From NCBI GenBank assembly GCA_019454985.1, contig JACFNF010000009.1, forward strand, positions 31,692-95,691: a stretch of 64,000 nucleotides of DNA, given 5' to 3'. The notes under the pieces were generated by a model that searched no databases, was not told the origin of the DNA, and saw only the letters and a program-made list of their open reading frames with translations. Of this stretch, positions 28,040-37,406 are shown one piece after another (position 1 is the stretch's first letter; each line of letters opens with the position of its first letter). A program made the position numbers and the translations under genes. The stretch is from Bacteroidales bacterium (GTDB lineage Bacteria > Bacteroidota > Bacteroidia > Bacteroidales > F082).

Positions 28040-28867
28040 ATGATACAAAACATCCTGAAAACCGCTTCGCTCTGGATTACATCGCTTTTGCTCATGGGAG
28101 CTTTTGCCGTTTACCAGCGTTCAACAGGTCCAACCTATCCCATCAAAGGGAAAGTGGAAATACAAAACCAGACGGTGAAATACAAACTCATCCGAACTCA
28201 TGACACCGGTCATGATGCCTTGGTAAAAATAGCTGTACCTGAAGGTGTGAAGGCCAATTTCCGTTTTAAACGCTTCAAAAGTCACGACCAATGGACTACT
28301 CAGGAGCTTTTTGCCAAAGACGGTTTTATCACGGCAGCCATCCCACATCAGCCCGCTGCCGGAAAAGTAGAATATCAGCTTGCCCTGATTGATGGCGAAA
28401 AGGCTTTTCCGCTGACCGAAGAGCCTGTCGTCATTCGATTCAAAGGTAGCGTTCCGGGCTACATCCTGATTCCACATATCTTTTTTATGTTTTTCGCCAT
28501 GGTTGTCGGCATACGCACCACCTTCGAGTCCATCTTTAACCGGCGTTACCCTTTCCAATTAGCTTCGGTGACCGTCGTCCTTTTGTTCATTGGCGGGTTG
28601 ATTCTTGGTCCCATCGTTCAGAAATACGCTTTTGATGCCTACTGGACCGGTTGGCCTTGGGGTCACGATCTTACGGACAATAAAACCATCATCATGTTTC
28701 TGTTTTGGTTATTTGCATGGTGGAAACTCCGTCAGCAGCCCTCCAATAAAACATGGCCCATTGTAGCAGCAGTGGTGATGGTTGCCGTTTATCTGATTCC
28801 ACACAGCATGTTAGGCTCCGAAATTGACCACACCAAAAACAGCCCTCAAACCGAAGTTACACAATGA
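28040..28867 (+). CDS. hypothetical membrane protein
   Basis: Start at MIQNILKTASLWITSLLLMGAFAV, with a TACTTTTG box 22 nt upstream. It has an N-terminal periplasmic beta-rich part followed by 4 TM segments. An ATGA overlap links it to the rhomboid gene. Confidence 0.5.
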   Translation: MIQNILKTASLWITSLLLMGAFAVYQRSTGPTYPIKGKVEIQNQTVKYKLIRTHDTGHDALVKIAVPEGVKANFRFKRFKSHDQWTTQELFAKDGFITAAIPHQPAAGKVEYQLALIDGEKAFPLTEEPVVIRFKGSVPGYILIPHIFFMFFAMVVGIRTTFESIFNRRYPFQLASVTVVLLFIGGLILGPIVQKYAFDAYWTGWPWGHDLTDNKTIIMFLFWLFAWWKLRQQPSNKTWPIVAAVVMVAVYLIPHSMLGSEIDHTKNSPQTEVTQ

Positions 28868-29466
28868 CCTATATATTCATCATCGTCACTGTGATTGTTT
28901 CACTCATGGCGATGTTTAATGCCGATCTGTTTCAAAAACTCAGCTTCAGCCCCTGGCTCATCCATCAGAAAAAGCAAAACTGGCGTTTTGTCACCCATGG
29001 CTTGGTTCATGCAGGATGGGCGCATCTGGCGATTAACATGTTAGTTTTATATTCCTTTGGCCGCCATGTTGAAGCTGCTTACGGGTTTATTTTTAGCCCA
29101 GGTAAAGGGCAGTTGTTGTATTTTTTGCTATATGTGGGCGGCATTCTGTTTTCAACGCTTTATGACTTTGGCCGGTACAAAAACAATCCCTATTATCAAT
29201 CCGTCGGAGCCTCAGGAGCAGTGTCAGCAGTGCTTTTTGCTTCCATCCTGATTGCACCAACCTCAAAACTTTTCGTCTTTCCCATTCCTTTTCCCATCCC
29301 AGCTTATATCTTCGGTGGCTTGTATCTTGCTTATTCGGTTTACATGAATAAAAAAGGACAGGACAACATTGGCCACATGGCTCACTTCATGGGGGCTTTG
29401 TTTGGATTGATCTATAGCATCATCCTGAAACCAAGCTTATTGGCTCTGTTTTTCAATCAACTCTGA
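28864..29466 (+). CDS. rhomboid-family intramembrane serine protease
   Basis: 200 aa with six TM segments. Has HGLVHAGWAHLAINM and the catalytic GASGAV, plus a downstream H (HMAHFMGALFG). Confidence 0.85.
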   Translation: MTYIFIIVTVIVSLMAMFNADLFQKLSFSPWLIHQKKQNWRFVTHGLVHAGWAHLAINMLVLYSFGRHVEAAYGFIFSPGKGQLLYFLLYVGGILFSTLYDFGRYKNNPYYQSVGASGAVSAVLFASILIAPTSKLFVFPIPFPIPAYIFGGLYLAYSVYMNKKGQDNIGHMAHFMGALFGLIYSIILKPSLLALFFNQL

Positions 29467-29481
29467 ACGCTTGGGTAATCG

Positions 29482-30063
29482 CTAATTGAAGTCGGGGTTT
29501 GCAGGAAAATTGCGCCACAAATCATATTCCGGGCCCATCCGCTGGAGCAAAAGATTCCACATTTGGTGTGAGCGCGTTTTCATCAGCAGGCTGCAAGGCG
29601 CTTCCGTAACTACCCAGGTATTGCGTTTCAACTCGTTGTCAAGCTGCCCGGGGCCCCAACCTGAATGACCCAGAAAAAACCGAATCTGATCATCTTGTAC
29701 GACCCCCATATCCATCATCTCGCGAATTGTTTCCACCTCGCCTCCCCAGTATAAACCGTCCATCACCTTCACAGAGCCGGGCACTTTATCTCCGAGAGTA
29801 TGAATAAAATACACGTGGTTTGGCAAAACCGGACCACCGACATAAATCATAGAATCCATTCCAGCTTCATGCCCGAGAACCTGCTGCACACTGATTCCTG
29901 CCAGTTTGTTCATCACAAGGCCTAATGTTCCCTCGTCGGTATGGTCAATCAACAACACAACAGAGCGACCAAACCAAAATTCGTCCATCAAAGGCTCAGC
30001 CAACAAAACCCTTCCCGACGCAGGCTTGAGGTCGTTGCTTTTTATTCGAATCAGTTTTTCCAT
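29482..30063 (-). CDS. YqgE/AlgH-family protein (UPF0301)
   Basis: 193 aa. Contains GRVLLAEPLMDEFWFGRSVVLLIDH..EGTLGLVMNK, VYVGGPV and GHSGWGPGQLDNE. Confidence 0.85.
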   Translation of the reverse strand: MEKLIRIKSNDLKPASGRVLLAEPLMDEFWFGRSVVLLIDHTDEGTLGLVMNKLAGISVQQVLGHEAGMDSMIYVGGPVLPNHVYFIHTLGDKVPGSVKVMDGLYWGGEVETIREMMDMGVVQDDQIRFFLGHSGWGPGQLDNELKRNTWVVTEAPCSLLMKTRSHQMWNLLLQRMGPEYDLWRNFPANPDFN

Positions 30064-30141
30064 CTCCGTCTGACAATTTGTGAATATCTTAGACAGCTTA
30101 AATCATTACTTTTACCGTCGGTTTAAAAAATTACTCAACGC

Positions 30142-31512
30142 TTGAAACGCTCTCGAAACCAACTACTTTACGAAAAACTCCGAAACGAATTTCCGTTTTT
30201 CGAATATCAAAGTTACCACTTTTGGGAAGATGATGTGCATTTTCACCTGAATTTCTCTTTCAACCTCGCCGGAAAATTCACCTTTAAACCTGAAATGCGA
30301 ATCCCCAAAAGAGACTTTCTGAGCTCGGCCAACAAAACGGAAGCGCTCAACTGGCTTGCTTTTCATATTGGGATGGTGGAATTGGTGAGTTATTGGAAAT
30401 TAGCCTGTCCGCCGCGGGTGTTGATTCGACCGTTTTCACTCGACCGTAATCAACTCAACTGGTGGAAGAAACTCTATTACAACGGTTTAGGTGAATTTTT
30501 TTATGTGAATGGCATCACGGCAAATCTTGCCGATTTCATGGAGATCAGCTGTGATTCTGACGCATGCGGAAAACCCTGGGAAGGAAAGCCAAACCCATCG
30601 TTGACACTTGTTCCAATTGGAGGAGGGAAAGACTCGGCAGTCACTCTAGATTTGATTTCAAAAAGCGGAATGCCTACCCTGCCTTTCATCGTCAACCCGC
30701 GAAAGGCCATTCTCGACACCCTTCATATTGCCGGTTTTAATGAGGAAGAAGTTGTGATCGTACATCGCAGCCTTGACCCATTGATGCTCCGATTGAATTC
30801 TGAAGGTTTCCTGAATGGCCACACCCCCTTTTCAGCTCTGCTTGCTTTTACTACCGCTTTTACTGCCCTGCTTGCCGATAGCGGTCTGATTGCTCTTTCC
30901 AACGAGTCGAGCGCCAACGAACCCACCGTCATCGGACAAAACATCAACCATCAATACAGTAAATCATTAGAGTTTGAGGACGATTTTCGGGAATACATGA
31001 ATCATTATTTGCTGAAAAACAGCACTTATTTCAGTTTTCTCAGACCTTTGAGCGAGTTACAGATTGCGGCTATATTTAGTCGCCTCGAAGCCTATCATCC
31101 ATTTTTCCGAAGCTGCAATGTGGGAAGCAAAACCGATAGCTGGTGCAACAACTGTCCTAAATGCCTTTTTACCTTTTTAATGCTGCGAACATTCCTTCCT
31201 CACGATAAGGTAATTGGCATTTTTGGCGAAGACCTTTTAGAAGAGTCAAGTTTGCAAAGCGTGATGGACAAGCTACTCGGCAAAACTGAAGCCAAACCTT
31301 TTGAATGTGTCGGCACAGTGGACGAGGTAGAACTGGCATCAAAAATCATTGCAAAGCAGTTTGGATCGAAAAAACCCTTGTTGCTGCGTGCCATTGATGA
31401 TTCAATATCCAATCCTGAAACCCGTTTGAAATCGGCACTTCATCAATGGGGCGAAAACCGTATTCCTAACGAAAAACTCGCAAAACTGCTTCGCGATGCC
31501 CTCGATGACTGA
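30142..31512 (+). CDS. PP-loop (adenine-nucleotide alpha-hydrolase-like) protein with C-terminal Cys motif; candidate MurL (UDP-MurNAc-L-Ala-L-Glu epimerase)
   Basis: 456 aa, TTG start in the ORF track. Has a PP-loop-like VPIGGGKDSAV, and a downstream SCNVGSKTDSWCNNCPKCLFTF Cys cluster reminiscent of QueC-type Zn sites. Its stop overlaps the start of a MurD-family ligase by 17 nt. Confidence 0.45.
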   Translation: MKRSRNQLLYEKLRNEFPFFEYQSYHFWEDDVHFHLNFSFNLAGKFTFKPEMRIPKRDFLSSANKTEALNWLAFHIGMVELVSYWKLACPPRVLIRPFSLDRNQLNWWKKLYYNGLGEFFYVNGITANLADFMEISCDSDACGKPWEGKPNPSLTLVPIGGGKDSAVTLDLISKSGMPTLPFIVNPRKAILDTLHIAGFNEEEVVIVHRSLDPLMLRLNSEGFLNGHTPFSALLAFTTAFTALLADSGLIALSNESSANEPTVIGQNINHQYSKSLEFEDDFREYMNHYLLKNSTYFSFLRPLSELQIAAIFSRLEAYHPFFRSCNVGSKTDSWCNNCPKCLFTFLMLRTFLPHDKVIGIFGEDLLEESSLQSVMDKLLGKTEAKPFECVGTVDEVELASKIIAKQFGSKKPLLLRAIDDSISNPETRLKSALHQWGENRIPNEKLAKLLRDALDD

Positions 31513-32794
31513 CCATATTGTTGTTCAACTGAAAGGGAAAAAAATCCTCATTCTGGGTTTTGGTCGCGAAGGACAGTCCACCCTACGTTTCCTGTGTCGT
31601 CATCTGCCGAAGGCTCAAATCACCATTGCCGATGCTGCTTTGCCAGGCAAAGACCATTCGATTCCTGAAAATATTCGTACCCTGTTTGGATCTCACTATT
31701 TGGACGGGCTCAGCGAAGCTGAACTGATCATTAAAACACCGGGCATTCCCACACGTTTGCTCCAGCTGAGGCCAGGACAACAGTTGAGGTCACAAACCGA
31801 CCTGTTTCTGAGCGCTTTTCGTCATCAAACCATTGGTGTTACAGGCACAAAAGGCAAGAGTACAACTTCGGCTCTGATATATCATCTGCTCTCTCAGGCC
31901 GGAAAGCCGGTTGTGTTGACGGGTAACATCGGCACGCCCTGCTTAGACAGCATCGAACAAATTACACCTGAAACCACAGTAGTATTCGAGCTTTCGGCCA
32001 ATCAATTAGAAAACGTCCGTCATTCACCAGGCGTTGCTGTTTTACTCAATATCTTTGAAGAGCATCTTGACCATTTCGGCAGTATGGATACCTATCGTCA
32101 GGCCAAACTCAACATTTTACGTTTTTGTATGCCCGGCGATACCGCAATCGTTCATCGCACGCTCCAGTCGGTTATCCCTCCAATCGGCGGACAAGTTCAT
32201 TTTTTCCCTGAACCAGCATTCCACCTGCCTTCTTTGCCAGTTCTACGCGGAGAACACAACCGCTCAAATGCCCAGGCTGCAATTCTGGCGGCTATGGCAA
32301 CAGGTTTTCAAGAGCAAGAGCTTATCCCACTCCTCAACAGCTTCAAAGGACTTCCGCATCGTTTGGAATACCTTGGACTGAAGGCAGGCGTTCATTTTTA
32401 CAACGACAGCATTGCTACAATTCCCGAGGCCACAGTGGCAGCATTAGAAACCCTTGGCAAAGTTAATTTTCTGATTCTCGGAGGTTTCGACCGCGGAATT
32501 CACTACGAATTGCTGGCAAACTATCTCCTTGAACATCCGGTTGATCATCTGCTTTTTACCGGTCAGGCAGGCCAACGTATTGCCTCCTTGCTAAGCATAA
32601 CACCAGGCATAATGCATCTCCATTTTTTCGAGGAATTGAAAGAGGCTTTTGAGATAATTTCCCAAAACTGTCATGTGGGAGATATATGTTTGCTCAGTCC
32701 CGCAGCCGCTAGCTATGACCGTTACAAGAATTTTGAGCAACGCGGTGATCTTTTCCGAAGCCTGACAGAAACTTTCAGCAACAAAACATCCTGA
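31496..32794 (+). CDS. Mur ligase family, UDP-N-acetylmuramoyl-L-alanine:glutamate ligase (MurD-like; candidate MurD2)
   Basis: 432 aa. Has the N-terminal Rossmann KILILGFGREGQS, P-loop GVTGTKGKSTT, NIFEEHLDHFGS, GEHNRSNAQAA, GLPHRLEY, NDSIAT and LSPAAASYDRYKNFEQRGDLF. It is not embedded in a dcw (mraY/ftsW/murG) cluster. Confidence 0.7.
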   Translation: MPSMTDHIVVQLKGKKILILGFGREGQSTLRFLCRHLPKAQITIADAALPGKDHSIPENIRTLFGSHYLDGLSEAELIIKTPGIPTRLLQLRPGQQLRSQTDLFLSAFRHQTIGVTGTKGKSTTSALIYHLLSQAGKPVVLTGNIGTPCLDSIEQITPETTVVFELSANQLENVRHSPGVAVLLNIFEEHLDHFGSMDTYRQAKLNILRFCMPGDTAIVHRTLQSVIPPIGGQVHFFPEPAFHLPSLPVLRGEHNRSNAQAAILAAMATGFQEQELIPLLNSFKGLPHRLEYLGLKAGVHFYNDSIATIPEATVAALETLGKVNFLILGGFDRGIHYELLANYLLEHPVDHLLFTGQAGQRIASLLSITPGIMHLHFFEELKEAFEIISQNCHVGDICLLSPAAASYDRYKNFEQRGDLFRSLTETFSNKTS

Positions 32795-32801
32795 AAATAA
32801 A

Positions 32802-33818
32802 TCAGGGTCTCTGCATTTCGGTCGAGGTGGGATAATCGGGATATTTCCGGGGAGTTTTGGCCGGTTTTGGCAAAATCGGCTTCCATTCTTCTTCGTTTGT
32901 TCCATGCAAAACAGCCGATTTCTCACTCTCTCCAAGCATGATCTGGACAGCCTCCGTTGAACGAATCTGGCGATAACTGTCTGGAGGAAGAAAAAAGTCA
33001 TCACGTATATGGAGTTCCTTTGCCTGACTAACTTCCATCACATTGGGACCAAAAGGGGTCGTCACTACCGACTTTACCAACAGGCCTGAACCGAATTCCG
33101 ATTTCCATGCCTTGCTCAAACGGGCCGAAGAATAAAGTGTAGGCCGGCTGAACAGGCGCATCAAAGCATTGAGCTGATCCAATGAAATTTCATGATATGG
33201 CTGGTTTTCTTTCGAAATCCACACTTCCTCTATTCGGGTTGTATCGAATAGCAGATGATATTTTACCGCCTTAAAACTCCCGATGTCCATGACAGAATCG
33301 GTACAATGCAATGAGAAGCGATTTAATGTTGCCGTATCCACCGTATCGTCGCGAAGCTCAGAAAACAATTTGTCCATTTCAGGCTTCATCTTATCGCGTT
33401 CGTATTCAGGCATTTGAGCTAACATCATTGTCAGCTGTTGTTCAACAGCCAATACAAATGCCGCTTTCAGGCTATCGGCCGAACCCTTCCAATAAACCAG
33501 TTTATTGGGGAAAACAAGTGTCACCTCAGATTTCGACAAATCGAAAATAAAAGTGGAAGAAGCCTTTTCGATTCGGATACACTGCCCTTCAATGAAAATA
33601 TTTTGTGTGGCATTGTTGCCAAAACGATCCGATTTTGTTTCGGTTATCCACCAACCGGCAAAAATGGTGGCAGGCATTGCAGCAAACAGCAATACATGAA
33701 ACCAAAATACTTTACGGACTAGTGCCTTTTTACCTAATAACCTCATTTTATGATGTTTGAAAAGAAAAAATTCAAATCTTAAGAACAGCAGCAAAAAGGT
33801 GAAAATGGATTTGAACAA
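32802..33818 (-). CDS. hypothetical secreted/membrane-anchored protein
   Basis: 338 aa at most; the start is probably MRLLGKKALVRKVFWFHVLLFAAMPATIFAG (33746). It has a single anchor and a Pro/Lys-rich C-terminal tail. No recognised family. Confidence 0.45.
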   Translation of the reverse strand: MFKSIFTFLLLFLRFEFFLFKHHKMRLLGKKALVRKVFWFHVLLFAAMPATIFAGWWITETKSDRFGNNATQNIFIEGQCIRIEKASSTFIFDLSKSEVTLVFPNKLVYWKGSADSLKAAFVLAVEQQLTMMLAQMPEYERDKMKPEMDKLFSELRDDTVDTATLNRFSLHCTDSVMDIGSFKAVKYHLLFDTTRIEEVWISKENQPYHEISLDQLNALMRLFSRPTLYSSARLSKAWKSEFGSGLLVKSVVTTPFGPNVMEVSQAKELHIRDDFFLPPDSYRQIRSTEAVQIMLGESEKSAVLHGTNEEEWKPILPKPAKTPRKYPDYPTSTEMQRP

Positions 33819-33869
33819 GTCAAAATTAAAAATTTCACTGCGATTTTCTTTTAATATAAGGAAAAAAAC

Positions 33870-33877
33870 TACCTTTG
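33870..33877 (+). promoter_or_regulatory. -7 promoter box (TAnnTTTG) for the TPR gene 33901..34593
   Basis: TACCTTTG, 23 nt upstream of the ATG. Confidence 0.4.
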
Positions 33878-33900
33878 CACCTCAAAAATAAGCAGATACC

Positions 33901-34593
33901 ATGTCGAAACAAAAAGAGATCCTCCAACGCGGTGACGAAAAGCTTGAAGCAGTTGAGGAAGTATTGAGCAAAACAGAACGTTTTATTGAACAAAATCAGA
34001 AAGTTATCACCATTATTGTTGGAGCTTTAATCGTCGTCATTTTAGGTTATTTTGGCCTCAACAAGTATTATTTCCAACCCAGGGAGAGAGAAGCTCAAAA
34101 CCAAATCTTCCCGGCACAGAAGTATTTTGAGCAGGACTCTCTGAATCTGGCACTGTTTGGTCATGGTGACAATCCCGGATTCATTGAAATAGCCAGTCAC
34201 TATGGCTCAACCAAGGCCGGAAACCTTGCAAAATACTATGCGGGACTTTCGTTTCTCAAACAGGGGAATTATCAGGAAGCCATCAATTATCTGAAAAAAT
34301 TCAACGGGAAAGACCAAATCATTGCTCCTTTAGCCATTGGTGCAATGGCCGATGCTTATGTTGAACTCAACGATTTCTCGCAGGCAAGCTCACTCTATCT
34401 GAAAGCTGCTTCGAAAAGCAAAAATGAATTTACCAGACCCTATTTGCTGTTTAAAGCAGGCCGCGCCTTCGAACTGAGCAAAAATTATAAAAAGGCTTTA
34501 GAAGCTTACGAAACCATTAAAAAAGAATTTCCGAATACGACAGAGGGACGTACAATTGATAAGTATATCGAAAAAGCTAAAGGAAAGGTGTAA
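33901..34593 (+). CDS. membrane-anchored tetratricopeptide-repeat protein (YfgM-like layout)
   Basis: 230 aa with a TACCTTTG box 23 nt upstream, one TM segment (VITIIVGALIVVILGYFGL) and then TPR helices. A strong terminator follows. Confidence 0.65.
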   Translation: MSKQKEILQRGDEKLEAVEEVLSKTERFIEQNQKVITIIVGALIVVILGYFGLNKYYFQPREREAQNQIFPAQKYFEQDSLNLALFGHGDNPGFIEIASHYGSTKAGNLAKYYAGLSFLKQGNYQEAINYLKKFNGKDQIIAPLAIGAMADAYVELNDFSQASSLYLKAASKSKNEFTRPYLLFKAGRAFELSKNYKKALEAYETIKKEFPNTTEGRTIDKYIEKAKGKV

Positions 34594-34611
34594 TTCCTGT
34601 TCCATCAAAAG

Positions 34612-34643
34612 AAAAACCTGACATTTGCTGTCAGGTTTTTTTG
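34612..34643 (+). terminator. intrinsic terminator after the TPR gene 33901..34593
   Basis: The stem CCTGACA (34617-23) / TGTCAGG (34629-35) is followed by T7. Confidence 0.75.
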
Positions 34644-34681
34644 TTGTCAGTTTTTAGAAACTCTCTTTAAGTCCGCAAGTC

Positions 34682-35686
34682 ATGAATATTATCTTTTTCG
34701 GGACACCCGAGTTTGCTGCCGCTCATCTCGACTTCTTAGTGAGCCATCATATCTCCGTTGTTGCAGTGGTTACTGCCCCCGACAAACCCGCAGGGCGAGG
34801 CAAAACGCTGTCACAATCGGCCGTAAAACGAATTGCTTTGCAACACCATCTTCCTGTTTTACAGCCCGAAACGCTTCGGAGCCCACAGTTTTTGGCGGAA
34901 TTAGAAAGTTTTAAGGCTGATGTGTTTGTTGTGATTGCTTTTCGGATGTTGCCACAAGTGGTATGGAAAATACCTCCAAAAGGAACACTCAACCTCCATG
35001 CCTCGCTCCTGCCCGATTACAGAGGCGCTGCACCCATCAATCGGGCCATCATGAACGGAGAAAAGACAACCGGGCTTACCACGTTTTTTATCAATGAAGA
35101 AATTGATACCGGAAAAATCATCTTGCAACAATCTATGGAAATTGGTGAAAATGAAACCTTTGGAGAATTACACGATCGGATGATCAGCGTTGGGCAACAA
35201 TTGGTGCTACTCACCATTGAAAGGATAGAAACAGGTATGGTCGAAGCAATCGAACAGTCTGAGCGATTGAAAGCACTTGACAAAATTCATGCTGCACCCA
35301 AATTGGCAAAAGCCGATAGCCAAATCAACTGGGACAACAGTTTAGACCATATTCACAACCAAATCAGAGGGCTTAGCCCATTTCCCGGAACATTTGTGCA
35401 TTTATGCAATGAAAACGGTCAAAAAATTGAATTGAAAATTTATCGTAGCGAGATTGAAAGGATAAATTGCGAAAAACCGGATTTTTCCGTATTGACAGAC
35501 AACCGCACTTATTTAAAAGTTGCATTAAAAGGAGGATATCTAATGCTCAAAGAAATTCAGTTATCAGGTAAGAAAATACTGAATATCAAAGACTTCCTGA
35601 ATGGCTTTAAATTTGAAGGGCATTGGTCTGTTTGCGAAAGCCATTGCCAATGTGCCAGGAATGGTCTTTTAGCGCAAAAAAATTGA
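34682..35686 (+). CDS. fmt: methionyl-tRNA formyltransferase
   Basis: 334 aa. Contains IIFFGTPEFA, PDKPAGRGK, the LNLHASLLPDYRGAAPI (SLLP) motif and a C-terminal beta-barrel domain. It has a ~20-aa Cys-rich tail not usual for Fmt. Confidence 0.9.
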   Translation: MNIIFFGTPEFAAAHLDFLVSHHISVVAVVTAPDKPAGRGKTLSQSAVKRIALQHHLPVLQPETLRSPQFLAELESFKADVFVVIAFRMLPQVVWKIPPKGTLNLHASLLPDYRGAAPINRAIMNGEKTTGLTTFFINEEIDTGKIILQQSMEIGENETFGELHDRMISVGQQLVLLTIERIETGMVEAIEQSERLKALDKIHAAPKLAKADSQINWDNSLDHIHNQIRGLSPFPGTFVHLCNENGQKIELKIYRSEIERINCEKPDFSVLTDNRTYLKVALKGGYLMLKEIQLSGKKILNIKDFLNGFKFEGHWSVCESHCQCARNGLLAQKN

Positions 35687-35777
35687 TTTTGTCACAAAAA
35701 AACTCTGGAATTGCAAAAAAAATGCTTGAAATAGTTGATTTTTTTCTTTAACTACTTGCTTCTTATTATTTATGAAT

Positions 35778-35785
35778 TATTTTTG
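35778..35785 (+). promoter_or_regulatory. -7 promoter box (TAnnTTTG) for the HU gene
   Basis: TATTTTTG, 39 nt upstream of the ATG at 35825. Confidence 0.4.
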
Positions 35786-35824
35786 TGAATTATTCGACCA
35801 ATTCTCTAACTAATCTTAAAAAAA

Positions 35825-36097
35825 ATGAACAAGGCTGAATTAATCGACGTGATGGCTGCTGAAGCCGGTTTGACCAAGACCGATGCAAAAAAAGCATTGG
35901 ACGCTTTTGTAAGTGCAACAACCAAAGCTCTCAAAGGAGGCGAAAAAGTAACCCTCGTTGGTTTTGGGACTTTCTCTGTTGCTGGCAGGACAGCACGCAA
36001 AGGGCGCAATCCGCAAACGGGGAAAGAAATTACTATTGCAGCCAAGAAGGTTGTTAAGTTTAAACCCGGTTCCGAACTGGCTGGTGTCGTAAAATAA
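35825..36097 (+). CDS. hup: HU-family DNA-binding protein
   Basis: 90 aa: [29 protein letters not shown]...[33 protein letters not shown] box lies upstream and an intrinsic terminator downstream. Confidence 0.93.
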   Translation: MNKAELIDVMAAEAGLTKTDAKKALDAFVSATTKALKGGEKVTLVGFGTFSVAGRTARKGRNPQTGKEITIAAKKVVKFKPGSELAGVVK

Positions 36098-36118
36098 TTT
36101 TTACGCTTTTTGCTCTTA

Positions 36119-36158
36119 GAACACCCTTTTGACCGAATCCGAAGGGTGTTTTTATTTT
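36119..36158 (+). terminator. intrinsic terminator after the HU gene
   Basis: The stem ACACCCTT (36121-28) / AAGGGTGT (36142-49) is followed by TTTTATTTT. It overlaps the 3' end of convergent cyoE. Confidence 0.7.
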
Positions 36159-37051
36159 AATAAAGGGTCAATTAGAATGGCAAGCGTGACAAATAAAACA
36201 AAGTAATTGATTCGCATGAAATAATAAAAAGGTTTGATAGGCTGTTGATCTTTTCCTCTTGATTTCAATCCAATAAAAGCGATAATCAACCAAACAGAAC
36301 CGATCACAATGATGGCAGCAGACCAAACTGACGAAACAAGTCCGCTTACCGGCAACAACAATGCTCCTGATACGGTAGCCAGAGTCCAATAAAATATCAT
36401 GCTTCGGAATTTATCAGGAGTATAGACTCCGGTCACCGAAGGATAGCCCGCTTCGACATATTCCTCTCCGTAATAAATCATCAGCAACCAGAAATGTGGC
36501 ACCTGCCACACGAAGAAAAAGAAAGCCACAAGAATCAGGCGGAGGTCGCTAAGGCTGCCGCCGCCGGCTACCCAGCCAACCATTGGAGGGATGGAACCTA
36601 TGACAGAACCAGGGATGACTGCAAAAGCTGTCATTCGCTTTAAAGGCGTATAAACAGCGTTGTACCAGAAAAAGGCCAGCCAGCCCAGAACCACCCCTTC
36701 GCCTCCTGGATACAAAGCTAATAGGAATGTTCCCATCAAAGCCAAAACCGATACAACAACCAATGTTTGTTTCTTCCCTATCCGACCCGAAGGAATTGGT
36801 CTTTTATGTGTCCGTCCCATCATCCCATCCCGGTCGGCATCCTGAAAATGGTTCATTGCGGCAGAAGCAGAAGCCAAAAAGAAGATTCCCAAAACTGGAA
36901 AAACTGCATCTAAGCCAAAAGCCTCCCGGGCAAGTACATAGCCCGCAAGTGTAGTCAAAGCAACGGAAATTGTGATCCGCACCTTCGACAACTCAATCAC
37001 CGTACGAAAAAAGTTTTTCAAACGCACTTTTACTGTTTTAAACCATAACAA
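36152..37051 (-). CDS. cyoE: protoheme IX farnesyltransferase (heme O synthase, UbiA family)
   Basis: 299 aa, polytopic. Has the UbiA-family Asp-rich motif NHFQDADRDGMMGRTHKRPIPSG. Confidence 0.85.
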   Translation of the reverse strand: MLWFKTVKVRLKNFFRTVIELSKVRITISVALTTLAGYVLAREAFGLDAVFPVLGIFFLASASAAMNHFQDADRDGMMGRTHKRPIPSGRIGKKQTLVVVSVLALMGTFLLALYPGGEGVVLGWLAFFWYNAVYTPLKRMTAFAVIPGSVIGSIPPMVGWVAGGGSLSDLRLILVAFFFFVWQVPHFWLLMIYYGEEYVEAGYPSVTGVYTPDKFRSMIFYWTLATVSGALLLPVSGLVSSVWSAAIIVIGSVWLIIAFIGLKSRGKDQQPIKPFYYFMRINYFVLFVTLAILIDPLLK

Positions 37052-37316
37052 TCATAACTGAAAATGGATTCATTGCAAGGTAAAAATTTTCTTTTGGTTT
37101 TAATAAGTATTCAAATCAAGGAACGAATAACCCACATTTTTCCAAAATAAACAATTTCTTTCTCTTTTTTTATCATTTTGAAACCTTTAGGCGAAAGATA
37201 AATGAAAGAAATCTACGGTTTTTAGCGATAAAGCGCTAAATTTAAAAGTTTGGCATAAATATTGTACTATTGTGATCAGTAGTTTTTTTTTAGAATATTG
37301 GTTGGTTAATTAAGGG

Positions 37317-37350
37317 AAACCCACAGCTCGCAACTGTGGGTTTTTTCTTT
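37317..37350. terminator. hairpin terminator in the uvrA-cyoE spacer (better U-run on the plus strand)
   Basis: The stem AAACCCACAG (37317-26) / CTGTGGGTTT (37334-43) is followed on the plus strand by TTTTTTCTTTT. On the minus strand the trailing sequence is UUUCCCUUAAUU. Confidence 0.55.
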
Positions 37351-37406
37351 TGATAAATTAACGCATTTAATTGGCTGTAATTCTATTACTTTTACAAACC
37401 AGACTT

